A stretch of 64,000 bases of DNA, taken from assembly GCA_010093815.1 (NCBI GenBank), contig ML996570.1. One strand, given 5' to 3'. The position numbers and the translations under genes were made by a program. How positions within the stretch are numbered: the first letter of the stretch is position 1; each line of letters begins with the position of its first letter. This stretch comes from Pseudovirgaria hyperparasitica. Its lineage: Eukaryota. The notes beneath the pieces were generated by a model. That model saw nothing but the letters and a program-made list of their open reading frames with translations, had not been told where the DNA came from and did not search any database. This document shows positions 1 to 14,022 of the stretch, one piece after another.

Positions 1-76
1 CGCTTCGACTTATATCGTTCGTGGGAAACAACCAGAAGGCCTGGACAGGCTCTGGGCATTATCAACATTCGCCACC

Positions 77-3000
77 ATGGCTACTCAAGCCCAGGGCTTC
101 GGCTCAAGGAGGTCAAACCTGCAAGAGGATGAGAGCACAAGGATTGGAGATTTCAGGAAACTGGAGAATATCGGCAAGGGAAGCTTTGCCATCGTCTATC
201 GTGGAGAGCATGTTGTACGTAGGGAGATGAAGCCCGACCCAAAACAGCTTGCTTTGGTCAGCAAGAGTGCTAATGTATACCTTGATAGAAAAACAGAGCC
301 CTCGTGGCCATCAAGTCCGTCCATCTTCAAAAGCTGAATCGCAAGCTTAGAGACAATCTTGTCACCGAGATCAATATTCTACGAAGCCTCCAACACCCGC
401 ATATTGTCGCCCTAATTGACTGTCAAGAGTCCCCGAAGTTCATGAATATCGTCATGGAGTTCTGCGAACTGGGTGACTTGTCGAATTTCATCAGAAAGAG
501 GCATCATCACATAGAGCATCCTGCTACAAAGGATATGGTGACAAAATATCCATGCCCACCAGCAGGCGGCCTGCATGAAGTAGTCGCTCATCATTTCAGC
601 AAACAAATAGCTAGTGCTCTCGAATTCCTTCACGCCAAAAACTTCATTCATCGAGATTTGAAACCACAAAACCTCCTACTAAACCCGTCGCCGCGCTATT
701 ATCATCAGTACAAGCCAACCGAGATGCCTTACATGCCCACGAAGAACTCCCTTGTTCCTGCCACTGGTGTCGAATCACTCCCCATGTTGAAGGTGGCCGA
801 TTTCGGGTTCGCTCGGTTTCTTCCCCAGACGTCACTAGCAGAGACATTGTGTGGGTCTCCGCTGTATATGGCCCCTGAAATATTACGTTACGAGAAATAC
901 GATGCGAAGGCCGATCTGTGGTCTGTTGGAACTGTCATGTACGAGATGATGGTTGGTAAGCCTCCTTTCAAGGCTAACAACCACGTGGAATTGCTCAAGA
1001 AAATTGAAAGGCAAGAAGATCGAATCCGATTCCCTGAAGACCTTATCATCGGCACACAGATGAAGACGCTGATTAGAGCTCTTCTAAGACGGAAGCCGGT
1101 GGAAAGGATCGGGTTCGAAAGTTATTTCGATGATCCACTGATCAGAGGTCCCATCCCAAATCTTGTTGGTGATGACAGACCGGCATCCGAGCGTGAGACG
1201 ACACCCCCGCCCGATTCAAAAGTTGGTACACGAGCAGAGCAGAAAAGACCGTCGACATCCTCTAGAGCACCGAGTGATCTTCGTCGACAGAGCCTTGATC
1301 ATACACATCCAAAAGGTCCGCAAGGTCAGGCCGTTGTCGGCTCGGCTCCAACGTCACGGCCGAGCTCGAGAGCAACTACAACCACAAAGGCACCTCGCCG
1401 GTTGAGCTATACGCCTACGCCAGACGCAGACCTAGCTCGACAACAACAGCGCCGGCCGATAATGACAAGTCATCCAACCGCACCGGCTCGGCAGACGGTG
1501 CCTTCTCGGCCTGCTTCTCAAAACATGGACAGGCATAGTGGCAGAAATTCTGTATCGCCTACTTCATCTGTACATTTGAAAGAACATCTCGATGCCCAGC
1601 GGATCCCGCGTGGTGCTGAAGACAGAAGCCAACGTGATGGCAGGGATCGCACTGACCAGGAAATTGCCTTTGAAAGAGAATATGTCATGGTTGAAAAAAG
1701 AAGTGTCGAAGTGAACGCGCTTGCTGATGAGATGGCGGCCACTCCAGGGGGCAGACCGAACTCACAGCACAATGCAATGGTTCGTCGGGCCACAACTCAA
1801 GGATCGCCTACTTCGACAACTGGAGCTCATGTCTTACCGTCACGAGCCATTTCCATAGCACAAGGCAAGAGTCGGCCAGACTCGACTCATGCACGGACTG
1901 GCTCGTACGAACGTAGATATGGACGCATTCCCGGATCAGTCTCATCGGCGATCTCAAACGCCCTCAACGCAGTTGCTTTGCGCTCTGGCATGGGTTTGTC
2001 GCCTCCTCTGGGAACTGGACCATCTCCACCAAAGGGATATGCTGGATTCCCGTCTTACCCAACTGCGCAAAGCAGCATCTTGATGATTGGAGATGCAGTG
2101 AGGACTAGCGATCCCAAGGATGAAGAGAGCAAGACACTGAAATTCGTCGAGGACCTCGCGCACCGAAGCAATGTTGTCTACGGATTCGCCGAAGTGAAGT
2201 ACAAGCAGCTTATTCCAGCGACACCGAGTGAAGGGCTTGGTATCGCGAACAAGACAGCCACCAACAATTACGAAGATGATGACGATGACCTGACAGTCGA
2301 TGCAACTATGACTATATCCGAGGAAGCCCTTGTACTCTACGTCAAGGCTGTTGCTATCTTGGGCAAGGGCATCGACATTGCCGGCTCATGGTGGCTTCGT
2401 CGCAATCGTTTGGGCGATCGTTCTTCGCCTTCAAATGCATCAGCCAGTGCTCAACGATTGACTCATGTTGTCCAATGGCTCCGTAGCCGCTTCAACGAGT
2501 GTATTGATAAAGCCGAGTTCTCTGCTCGCAAGCTAGTCGAAGCTCAGAAGGCTTTACCGTCTGATCACCATCTGCATCCAAGCAATCGTCCAGCTGCGTC
2601 TGGCTCTTCCACCAGTATTGGTTCCACCGAAAATATATTTCTTCCAACCGGTGTGACTGCGGAGAAGCTCATGTATGATCGAGCAATTGAAATGAGTAAA
2701 GCAGCGGCTGTCAATGAGCTTGTCGGCGAAGACTTGCCTGGCTGCGAGCTTAATTATGGAACTGCCATTCAGATGCTTCAAGCAATCCTCGATACGGAGG
2801 ATGAAAGTGCTGACAAGTCGGATGAGAATAAAAGTCACAAGTCAGATGCCGATACTTCAAGTAGCCTTGAGTTGGAGGACAAAGAGGCCATCAAGAAACG
2901 TACGTCCAATCACTACTATAGGAAACGTCGCAATGCTAACATATTACAGTCATTGATAGTATGAAATCTCGACTGAAGACGCTACGCAAGAAGATCGAAA

Positions 3001-3107
3001 TACAGAAGGCTCAGAAACGTGCCAGTCTCTCTGCACCAAGAAGACCTTCATCAAACAGCTCGCCATCCACGACACCCAATACGGGTACCACACCTGCACA
3101 GCGCTGA
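77..3107 (+). CDS. ATG1: Autophagy Ser/Thr kinase Atg1; 3 exons (77-214, 289-2899, 2950-3107)
   Basis: GKGSFAIVY Gly-loop splices to KNRALVAIK. HRDLKPQNLL, ADFGFARFL, AETLCGSPLYMAPE and YDAKADLWS motifs present. The C-terminal region (EREYVMVEKRSVEVNALAD, AEKLMYDRAIEMS) is typical of fungal Atg1. Both introns are GTACGT...GCTAAY...AG and restore frame. Confidence 0.96.
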
Positions 3108-4189
3108 CATATTCCACCAAACGTTTCCAGATATTCTACGCCTCCATTGGCCATGTCATCCATGGTCGTATACACCGACTACCCGAGTTCTTTAGACTTC
3201 TGTCACAAATCATGTTCTCGACTGCACACTATATCGCCTGCATACGAGCAAGCAGCTTGTTCAAGACAACACAGCTTGTTCGCGGTTCTCTCGATAATCG
3301 TTCGTGCACCAAATAGCCACCGTTTTTGACGCCGGATTACTTTCTTGTCTTTTAGCTATGGCTTCTACCATCTACTTACCACCATTTATGTTATGTACAT
3401 GATCACGGACCCTCCATACTCAAGGCGTACAGGCAACAATTGAATTTCCGGGCTGGCGCAACGTGTTTCCTTTTTCCTTTACTCGCAAACCTACATCATC
3501 GCGGGACCATGACAGCACGATGAACAAGATCATGACACGCATCATCGCATAATTTTTGGGCATCACTGCACACGGGCGTTTATAGTCTGTACTGGCCGGA
3601 CCACAGTTGCGGCAGGATCACAGGATGACTATCATAATTTTCTTTCTCCTTGTTTTTGCCCTCTTCGGCCGTGTGTTTGCGATGGGTATTGAGCGGGAGC
3701 CTCTGAATTGGGCGATTTCTCGCATGGCGTACATAGGATTATGAGTCTGGGCATCGTTTTAAATCATTTCCATGGGTGCATAGGCGCCATTAAGCTATGG
3801 CGATGGCGATGGCGATGGGATATGCCAATGGCAAGGAAGGGTTCTTATCATTATACATATACTACCTTCCATCGACGGAAATAGACTAAAGTGCACACGC
3901 CCCTGTTGCTATTTTTCCTTAATTGGTCGATTATCCATGTGATTGTGTGCTTCTGATCGTAATGGAGACAGACACGAGATATCCATGTTTCTTTTTACCT
4001 CCTTGTATATATACGCACGTGGTCGTCTCTCATATGCGAATCCCGCCAAAGTTGTAACGGAAAGCCAATATATACTCACCGATATTTCATTGTCTAGATA
4101 CATCGAACCTTCTCCTTTCCTCTCATACTTTCTTTTCTACAGGAACAGGCATTGAAGAACTGGGTTGGTTTGAAAGGATGTGTATTGAT

Positions 4190-4639
4190 ATAGAGAGTAG
4201 ATCAGGTTACTAAGGAGGTGAGTAGGTAGGTAGGTAGGTATGCTCTATCGTCTCTATCTAGACTACGGGTCGAGTAGTATTGATCTTGCTAAGAGAGTAG
4301 TAAATCAGTATCCATGAATTAGAGAGATAGAGTGCACATACAGCTAGTTAATCCCCTTCCTCGAGTACATATATATAGTCTATGTAACATCTACGTACAT
4401 ATACGTGTAAGTATAGGACGGGTTTATCTACTATAATAGTATATATAGAGAGCAGGACTTCTAGTATGTAGGTATATATATAGAGAGCAGGACTTGAAGT
4501 ATGTAGATATATATATAGTCTAAGAACTACTATCACGGACATAGCCATGCTTACCTAGGATTAGTTACATAGTAATAAGTGTCTAATATACCTATGTATA
4601 ATGTATATGGCGTCTAGTACTTATTAGAATTCGTCGTCA

Positions 4640-4708
<69 letters not shown>

Positions 4709-4930
4709 TGGGAGTAGTATATACTTCTACCGCCGGTATCGATGAAGTCATATATACGTACATACACAAACAGTCCTATCAATAAGATCTTATTATACCC
4801 TTATTATACCTGTGATATCGAAATACTACTACGACTACGACTATGAGCAGAGTATAGCATACGATAGTATCTCTCGGTTAAGGGACGCGTTATGTATATA
4901 GCATGTGTAATATGTATATATGACGGTCAA
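4190..4930. other. AT-rich, TpA-rich degenerate island (RIP-like) with internal short tandem duplications
   Basis: Dense TAG/CTA/TAT words with few CA/TG by eye. A ~34-bp unit (tatatatagagagcaggactt..agtatgtag) is duplicated at ~4440-4510, and cttattatacc occurs twice at ~4789-4810. No credible ORF. Confidence 0.55.
4640..4702. repeat. (TAG)21 microsatellite
   Basis: Direct reading of the sequence. Confidence 0.97.
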
Positions 4931-5436
4931 ATGGGTGAGGCTAGGGACATTCATGGTATTCATAGCATTACATGGTCAGCTTGCGAGTATGGATAATGCG
5001 AAAAGGGAGAGGTTAGAATCAACGGGTATATACTTGCATTCTGAGCGGCGAGTGGCTTCTTCGGGTCCAATCCCATGGAGACATCCTTAGGACATAGGGT
5101 GGAGGATCTCGTTTTGATTATGAATGCAATGTAGTGACTTCGAAGAGAGAAATCTCATGGCTGACTTATGGGTATCAGCAGAAAGGGCCACTACGAAAGA
5201 GGTCTGTCTAGACATAAGATGCAGGGCACAGAAAAAACTGATTAATGCACATAGTAGTTCGCATTCTCAAAATTGTGTGTAAGCCGAGATCTATATGGGT
5301 ATTGAGGCGAAGTAGCAGCAGCAGTACATGATGTCGCGCGCTCTTGACCTATATCTGTGCGTCTGTATGGAAACGCCTGAATCCCACTCTCGAGTATAAA
5401 AGCACACTCACGTTACTCATCGTGGCGCGGGCTGTC

Positions 5437-7070
5437 TCACGAATCCAACAGTTCGACCATTACAGTGCCATTCTTGAGCCCGGCATCGCCGATTGTGGTG
5501 TCTAGTGCCTCAATGAGGTTCTTGCCATTGGCGATGAGCTCGAATTCAACCCCTTCTTTGCCCTGCAGCGGAGATGCTTTGAGCCACTCGTAGATTCGCT
5601 GTACTGGCTCGGCTAGGGCGAATCGGTGGATCGTGCGGCCTTCTGGGTGGCGGAATTGAATCCTGGTCGAGTTGGGTGTATTGTCTGGAATGTCATGTGG
5701 TTTGTCTGATGGTATCTTGGAAAATGCTGAGGGCTCGGGAGCAGGAGGCTCTGCCTCTGCCCTCTCTTTGCCTTTGCTAGACGCATCAGGCTGCTTCGTT
5801 AGTTCATCAGGATCCTCATCGCGAGGTCCTGCACCGCTGCTTGCACCCAAGCTGTTCTGCAGGGCCATCTCCAGCATCTCTTCCTCTGTCATCCTTCCGA
5901 CATCAACAGGTTTCTTCTCGGGTTTCCTGGTCGCGACTGGGTTCCGAACGTGAGATTTCAGGCTATATCGATCTAGAAACTCGTGAAGCTGCATCAGGAA
6001 CTCCGGAGCTTTCGGTATCGGAGACCCCGACCATACCTTCACCTGTTCGCCGGTGCGAGGGTCGACGATTGCGATGTGCGGGTACGCGTCGTTGCTGTCG
6101 CGATTTGGGAAATAGTATTGTATGTACTGCTGTCCCTGTGGATCCTCCTTCAGGTATTGCATGAACAGGAAGTTCTCCTTGATTGTGTCTTTGATTTGAG
6201 CATCTTTCCAGATGTCGCGGTTTAGCACTTGACAGTCGAAGATGGCCGAGTCTTGTACGTTCACAATGATCCATTTCTCTTCTGACTTACCCTGATCTCT
6301 GGCTTGATCCCAGGGTAGTCGGCAAATGAGCTCGAAGGGTGGTCGATACATTTCAGCTAGTAAATTGGACTTGCTGGATGCTTCAGACGCGCCGCCTGTT
6401 GCTCTCGACAAGTGACGACGTCGAGTGCCGTTTGAGGCGCTGCCTTCTTCTTCGTCCCATACTGATGATGGCACAGTTCTCTGGTTGAAAATGCCTGCTC
6501 GACTGTCTACTTAGATGTTAGCATACATCATATACATCAACGCTCACGCCAGCTTGTAGGCTTACGTTGGGCAAGTTGCCTTTGGCGAGCCAGCATCTGC
6601 TCCGCTACTGCAGCGTTGAGATCGTCCGGATCGTCCCAGCGCCCCGGCCCTCCTACCAGGGTCTCCGTTGTCCGGGCCATTGGTGCTCTCACCTCTTCCG
6701 GGTCGCCGCCAGCACCAGCGCTGCCATACATTTCTTCTTGCAGGCGACGTGCCATGGCTTCGTCATCTTCTACATTCGCAGGTGGGCGGCTGGCAGCGCT
6801 GGTGCCAGCATCAAAGTCCATATCATCGTCTGAATCTATCGTTATGATATCCTCGTCATTGTGATTCGAAGGACGGGTTCCCGCGGACTGAGCAGGAAGA
6901 GTGGCGGAACTTTGGGCTTGGTTAGAGCCACCCAGATCGAGATCGTTTGAGCCCTCAAAGAATAAGGCGATCGCTTGTTCTAGGTTGTTATCGGTGATCT
7001 GAAGGTACTGAGCGGCTCTGTCGGGATCTGCCGACGTGATGGCAGTGAAGTTTGCTATGTTCTCATCCAT
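5437..7070 (-). CDS. UBX5: UBA-UIM-UAS-UBX Cdc48/p97 adaptor (Ubx5/UBXN7-like); intron ~6507-6565
   Basis: N-terminal UBA-like segment (AQYLQITDNNLEQAIALFF), EEVRAPM motif, UAS domain (FDCQVLNRDIWKD, YPHIAIVDPRTGE), UIM (TEEEMLEMALQNSL) and a C-terminal UBX domain (TRIQFRHPEGR). A GTAAGC...GCTAAC...TAG intron joins the two ORFs in frame. Confidence 0.88.
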
Positions 7071-7808
7071 CTCGGACTGCTCGACACGGCCTGTTCTGGG
7101 GAGGGCTGGAGTGGAAGACGGATGAGACTCTGTAGTCGCAGGTGAGACGAGGTTGGGATCGCGTTCACGACTGCCTGGTCGCGTATTGGTCGCTGGATGG
7201 TGTCTGTTGTTCTGTGATCTTGCGGTGGGACAGTGTGGTGTATGGTCATCGAACCAAGTTGCGCAGACCCAAACTCTGGTGTAAAGAAGAGCGTGCGGTG
7301 GGACTGGTACTGCGGAGACGGGATGATTCTATGTCGATATGAGTGAAGTATCGGTAAGAAGCAGAGTGAGTATGGAAGACGAATGTGGAACAAAACACAT
7401 TGTCCCAAGTGAGTGCAGGTAAATGCTCAGTACATTCGTGGTGGTATTGGCAAGCACGTTTTGGGGGGTAGGCGGGCGCCGTGGGTAGCTAACGTCATCC
7501 CGCGGGGCCTAGTCGAAGCCTGACCTGTCGCTGCCCAGGCTGGCGGCGAAAGCTTAGACACATGCAAAGGTTGTGGCGCGATTGATTTATAACAACATCA
7601 ACATCAACCATTCACTGCTAGAAGCTTGCGACAGCGTTGTCTGCCTATCATATCCATATTTTCTAGCGGCAACACTCACTGAGATCCCGCCGCGTACCTC
7701 TTGTCTACTGCCTACGGTCGCTTCCACCTCAGCATGCCAGCCCACGGGACATAGATAACTCAGTTTGCTTCTACTTTTGAAGCTCAAGATCGCATCCAAA
7801 CTCCTGCC

Positions 7809-10800
7809 ATGGCACCTCAGGTGCAGTCTACCGAAGCCAGGGAATTGTCCCTGGTGGGCAAAGTAGAGATGAAGATAGCTTTAGCAGACACTGACCCTAA
7901 GCTGGAACAACTCTTGGGTACCTACTTAGCTCCGCTTCTCATGAAACTTGGATCAGAGAGTTGGCCAGTTCGGAACAAGGTGAGCCCAAACTCTTTTGAC
8001 TTGGGTCGGCAACATGCAACCGCCTTACGTTCAGGGCATTGCTGATTGCGTCATGTTTCTCTTTAGGTCATTGCTGTTTGTCAACATATCAACACTCGCA
8101 TACAATCACAGTACGGCCGACACGCAATAATCAAGCTGTTGGCTAACACGTCTACAGGGGGATAAAACTGCCTGTGTCTGCTTTGTTGCAACAGTACAAA
8201 GACACATCGACATCCCTGATTCGGCATTTTGACATATTGTACATTCAGCAAAGCATTGACAAACTCGGCATCAGTGAGCGCCTAGAGCTTCTCCCCTTAC
8301 TGCTTGGCGGGATATCTTCAGATGCCACCAAGAACGCCCAACACGGTGCACAGTTGTTTCACCTTGCCCTTCAACTTCTACATCACTTCAAGTTGCCGCC
8401 TAGAGGTACTAAGGAGGATGAAGAACTACGGGCCCAGTTGAAGATCGCGGATGAGGACGCTAAGTTCCTCTCCACATATTTTGGCAAATTAGTCCTGTTC
8501 ACACCCACGCGCTCTACGTCAGGGGTTCCTGGAGGTGTCCGAACGCCCGGCCTAACAGCTGAGGATCATCGGTTTCTGAGCGTCAACGGGAATGCAGAAG
8601 CTTGGGATCCTACCGCAAAGGAGGGAATAAACCTGGTCGAGACAAAGGTAGTTGTCATGAAGTTCTTATCGAGTGGTATCTTCACAAACACAGAACGTTT
8701 CTTCCCTGCTCTATTCGCCACCGCAGATACAAATTCCAGAATAGCAGCTCTTGGGGAGGATATTATCAAACACTCACAATCAGAAACCAACCTCGATGAC
8801 CAGCAAATTGTGGAGCATCTATTCGATTTATATTTCGGAGGTACGCCGCCCTCAGGCGCATATCCGGTACGCATACCACTACGCATCAAGATATTAGGAC
8901 TTCTCGCAAAATCAACGAAGAGCTTAGAGTACACGAAACAAATAACGAGACTCGTCGAAGCCGGCTTCATTAGCAATGAAGGCGAAGACGGCACTGCTGC
9001 TCGAGCAGGTTTGGAAGCAAAGAAGTTTCAAGATGCCATCTTCTCATATATTACCTTCGCAGCTAGGAACGGCAAGCAAAAACACTTAACGGCTATAGCG
9101 CCAGAGTTACTTAACCACCTCAAAGCTTTTGTCGAAGATCAAGGATGGCCTTTGAACACGAGCGGTGACACTCGCTTACGTGGGCTTGCGTATGTCGCTA
9201 TCGGTCTGCTAGGAAAGACAGTCCCAGAAGTAGTTGCGAATGACCCCCAGTCTTCGTTACTCAAGTGGTTATTCCAGTCACTGAAAGAGGACGATTCAGG
9301 TAGTGAGGTCTTATTCAGTATCCAGGAAGCCCTTTCCAGTCTCATGGCGTCTTATCCTCGAGGGTTCGCAGATAAGAATGCTGAGCTTAGTTTTAAAAAG
9401 CTTCTGCTCCGATATATGGCGAGTGAGGGCCGAGTCGGCAGTGAGAATGCTCGTCCAGGTCCCCGTAGAAACGTGCAATACGTCGCCACCCGGTTCGCGA
9501 ACCGCTGTTTGCCTTACGAAGACGTCATTGCACGATGGGTCGATATACTGGCCATAAGCACCGAAGGCACTGACTTTAGAGAATTGGTCGAAGAGGGGAA
9601 GCGGGGTCTGGATCCATACTGGCATGTCAGACTTGAGGGGTCTCTAAGGTCTGCAACAGAAGTCGCACCTGAAGTTTCCAATGTGCCTAATCCTGATTTC
9701 GCTGGTCTGGTTGAGTTTCTCTTCCGAGGCTCTATCGATGAGGAAGGGATGGTTGTGGGAGCTGAGAACTGGCTCCAGGGGCTTGTAACGAATTCCAATC
9801 CTGTTGAAGCGATACGAATATTTCGACGGAAATTTCCTGCCACTCTTTGGCCTGCAGTACATTTCAGCAGATTGGTCATGATACGTACCGCTCTCGAAAC
9901 GAGCGGGCTCAAGCCAGACATTTCTGACGACTGGGAGAGGAAATTAGATGCCCTCGTTTCTACAGATCAAGGTTGTCGTGACGCTGTCATGAAGTATATC
10001 AAGACCAATACACAGTTAGGTGGCCGAGTTTCTCAATCAGTAGCAACCTTGCTCCGCGGCGCATTTGATCTTGTCATTACAGAGAGTGCTACTTCCGGTA
10101 TCGGAGCTGCTGAATCATTCATTGAACTGTATTCCTTAACACCAGGAGACGTGTCGCACTCAACCCAATTGACCTCTGACTTCCCGTCATTAGAAGAAGC
10201 GGTCTTTTCGAACGATATACCAACGAGGAACTTTGGAGCTCATGCGTTCGGACTAATTGCCTCGCATCCTGGATGCGATGGCAATGTGGTTGAGCAATGT
10301 CTACAGCGATTTCTCCAAAAAGCAGAGCCTTGGAAGAACGCGATTGGAGCTGAGCTCAACAAGGCGTCTGGGAGTATTCTTGCTCTTGCTTACTACTTCA
10401 GTAGACTTAGCTGGCGAGAACCTAGGCTCGCCACAGCTGAGGCCTTGTTCCAGAGGTACTCTCAAACACTTTTCTCTATGCTTGAATCGTCGCGAGACAA
10501 TGTTGTCCTGAACGCCGTATCTATATCCGTAGGTCAATTAGGTCTGTTCTCAGCAATCAGCCTTGATGATATCAACATGCATGTAACTTTCTCCACCGTG
10601 GTTGATAAGATCGGTGAGATTGCGCGCAAGGGAAGCACAAAGGCCATTATTGCGCTTGGTTATATCTCAATCATCACTGACGAGGAAGATATGGAGACCG
10701 AGGACGCACCTCTACGTCTGGTGGAGAAGAAGCTCCGCGACTTGTCAGACTTGCGCGATGCTGAAGTGCATTTCTCTGTCGGAGAAGCACTCAGTGTCCT

Positions 10801-13679
10801 GGCAGGTGGATGGGGATCTTCGGCCCTCATCAGTCAGTTCGATATCCAGGCAGTATCTTCTGATGACAAAGGCATGCCCTCTCCGCACAATCCCACAAGA
10901 AGTAGCACTATAACTCGGATTATGAAGGAGCTTATCGTTGACAGTCGTGCATCAAAGCCGTCTCTGCGGAAAGCAGCAACGATCTGGCTTCTCTGTATGA
11001 TTCAGTATTGCGGACATCTCAAACCCATACAAGAACACTTACGGCAATGCCAAGTAGCCTTCAAGCGCTGCTTGTCAGATCGCGACGATGTTATACAAGA
11101 AGCGGCCTCGAGGGGTCTTGGGCTCGTGTATGAGAAAGGAGGACAAGATCTTAAAGACGACTTGGTTGCCGATTTGATTGGCATGTTCTCAGATAATAAA
11201 GCACAACTTGCAGGAAACGTCTCCGAAGATACGCAGCTTTTTGAACCTGGGGCTCTGCCGACTGGCGATGGCTCCGTTACGACTTACAAAGACATCCTCA
11301 GTCTCGCTTCCGAAGTGGGAGATTCTAGTCTGGTATATCGCTTCATGTCTCTCGCCTCGAACAACTCGATTTGGTCGACTAGAGCGGCTTTTGGTCGCTT
11401 TGGCTTGGGAAACGTTTTTTCTGACTCGAGTACGGACGGGTACCTCTCGAAGAATCCCAAGCTCTTTCCCAAGCTATTCCGCTATCGATTCGATCCAAAC
11501 ACCAACGTCCAGCGGTCCATGAAGGACATTTGGGATGCGCTCGTAAAAGATTCTTCTGCCACTATCAACACTCACTTCGATGCCATCATGGACGATCTTT
11601 TGAAGAATATACTAACTAAGGAGTGGAGAACACGCGAAGCCTGTTGTGCTGCGATTAGCGATCTGCTTCAAGGCAGAGACTTTGCAATTTATGAAGATTA
11701 TCTCTCACAAATATGGAGCATGTGCTTCAAGGTACTCGATGACATCAAGGAGTCGGTACGAAATGCGGCTGGATCACTCGCTCGAGTACTGACCGGAATA
11801 TTGGTTCGTAGTCTGGAAGCAGGGGGTGCTTCTTCCAAGCGAGCACAAGCGATGCTGGAACAGGTCCTTCCCTTCCTCCTCTCGTCGTCTGGCCTAGAAT
11901 CATCAGCCAAAGATGTCCAGGGCTTGTCGCTGAAGACACTGATGGATATCATCAAGAAATCAGACGGACCTACATTACGACCATTCATCCCAGAACTGGT
12001 CGAAAAATTCATCGCTCTGCTAAGCTCTCTGGAACCAGAATTCGTCAACTACTTGCGCCTCAACGCCTCAAAATATAAGGTCACTGAGCAAAAAATTGAC
12101 GATGCTCGTCTCTCGAGTGTGCGCGGAAGCCCTCTGATGGAAGCTATCGAACGTTGTCTTGATTTACTGGATGAGGCCTCCATGGAGAAGACCATGTTCA
12201 GTCTTCAAAACGCGATTCGTTCGTCACTAGATCTACCCTCCAAGGTCGGTGCCAGTAAGATCCTTGTATCACTGAGCACCAGACACAACTTTCTTTTCCG
12301 CCCGTACGCAGATCAGTATCTCCAATTCATCGAGCGCTTCATTCGAGATCGTAATGACACAGTGTCCGCTTCATTTGCTATGGCTGCTGGATATGTTGCT
12401 CGGGTTGCTTCGGACAAGTCCATAGCTCGCGCCATTGACTTTGGGAAGACGATGTACTTTGACTCTGAGGAGGACCGGCATCGATTGCTCTCCGGAGATT
12501 TGGTTTCGGCAATCTTGAAGCATGCACCCGATAGAGCAAACAAATTCACAACGGACATCCTCCCTTTCGTCTTCTTCGGTAAACAGGATAGCAACGAGCA
12601 AGTCAAAAACTTGTTCAAGGAAATCTGGGAGGAGAATGCTGGTGGGTCAAGAGCTGTGGTTCTGTATCTGAGCGAGATCGTCAGCCTCTCAGCCCAGTTT
12701 TTGGACTCGCCTAGATGGGTCCTTAAGCATACATCCTCCAGGACTATCGCCGAAGCCAGTAACGCCCTGGCCAGTCAGCCAGATGATATCACAACCGCGA
12801 ATGCGGGAAAGGTATGGCCGGCGCTGGATCAAGCCGTTGGTGGCAAGACCTGGGATGGAAAAGAGGTTGTTCTAGATGCCTTTGCTAGGTTTGTGGAGAA
12901 ATCATCGAACTTCTGGCGTGGGAAAGATGATGTCGGCACACAGATCACGAAGGTGAGATGGAGAATGTCGTCCTGTGAGTCACAGCTAACAGTGTATTCA
13001 AGATCATACTACGAGAAGCCAGGAGGAACAACAAAGTCTACCAACAAGCTGCACTACCCTCTCTCGGCAAAGTCGCAGTAGCTCGAACGGATATCGACAT
13101 GAGTGCGGACGTGTTCAACATCATCGACTCTCTCGTTGAAGAATACACAGCAGCCGATGAGGATGCAATGGATGTTGATGGCGCGAAGAACATGTCCAGT
13201 TCTCAGATGTATGTGGAATGCCTTGAACACAATCCATTTTCTAATCCGAATATAGCCGCGAGAACATGCTTATCGGTTGCATCAAATGTGCACTTGCCTG
13301 TATCAACCCGCAAAAGTCACAGGAACTCCCGAGGGTCTTGCTGCACGCACTCGAGCTTATGCTCAAGGCCACAAAATCACAATCTCGCAACGTTCGACTA
13401 GCAAGTTTCGAATCAGTCAAGTTCAACTTTGAACGCTTCGAGAAGGAGAAGAGATCATTTGCGGCATCAGATCTCAGGCCTGTGAAGTCACAATTGTCCG
13501 ATCTACTCCTTAGCCCCCAAATCAGTGACTTGCCTGAAGCCATGCGATCTGAGCGAGCCAAAGCTGTTGTGAACGTAGCGAATCTGTCGGGTGAGCTTAT
13601 AGATAAAGCTGCTTTGGATCGGGCCGTGGGCGAGGAGAAGTCATTGATGTTGAAAAAGGAGCTGGAGAAGGCGGTTTGA
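7809..13679 (+). CDS. ECM29: Proteasome adaptor Ecm29 (HEAT repeats); 5 exons
   Basis: N-terminus ELSLVGKVEMKIALA...YLAPLLMKLGS, followed by KLPVSALLQQY. Conserved TYKDILSLASEVGDSSLVYRFMSLA, SRAAFG-like STRAAFG, PKLFRYRFDPN and EWRTREACCAAISDLL. Introns at ~7980-8066, ~8111-8156, ~12953-13002 and ~13209-13255. Confidence 0.94.
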
Positions 13680-14022
13680 AAGACGATAGAACATTAAATC
13701 ATTAAATATTCAATCAATCCGTACATTGTACAATGAATATCCTCCATACTTCACACTCCCGGAGAGGGGTGTGGTAAGCGCTAAGTTAAGAACTGCATTC
13801 ATCGCTACTCGAAAGTCAAGGGCCAAATTTAGCTCGCAAAGAGAAGTCATTCTCATCCAATAGTTTAGCGATGTCATGCAGCTGTACGGCACAGATATAT
13901 GCATTCAGTTTGTACGCACTACATCCAGTACACGCCTAAGACTATATATGTATGCGAAAGACTTCCATAACTGACTCGGGCCGCTGCTGATTCATTACCG
14001 GAATGTTTCACCTCCCGAGACG

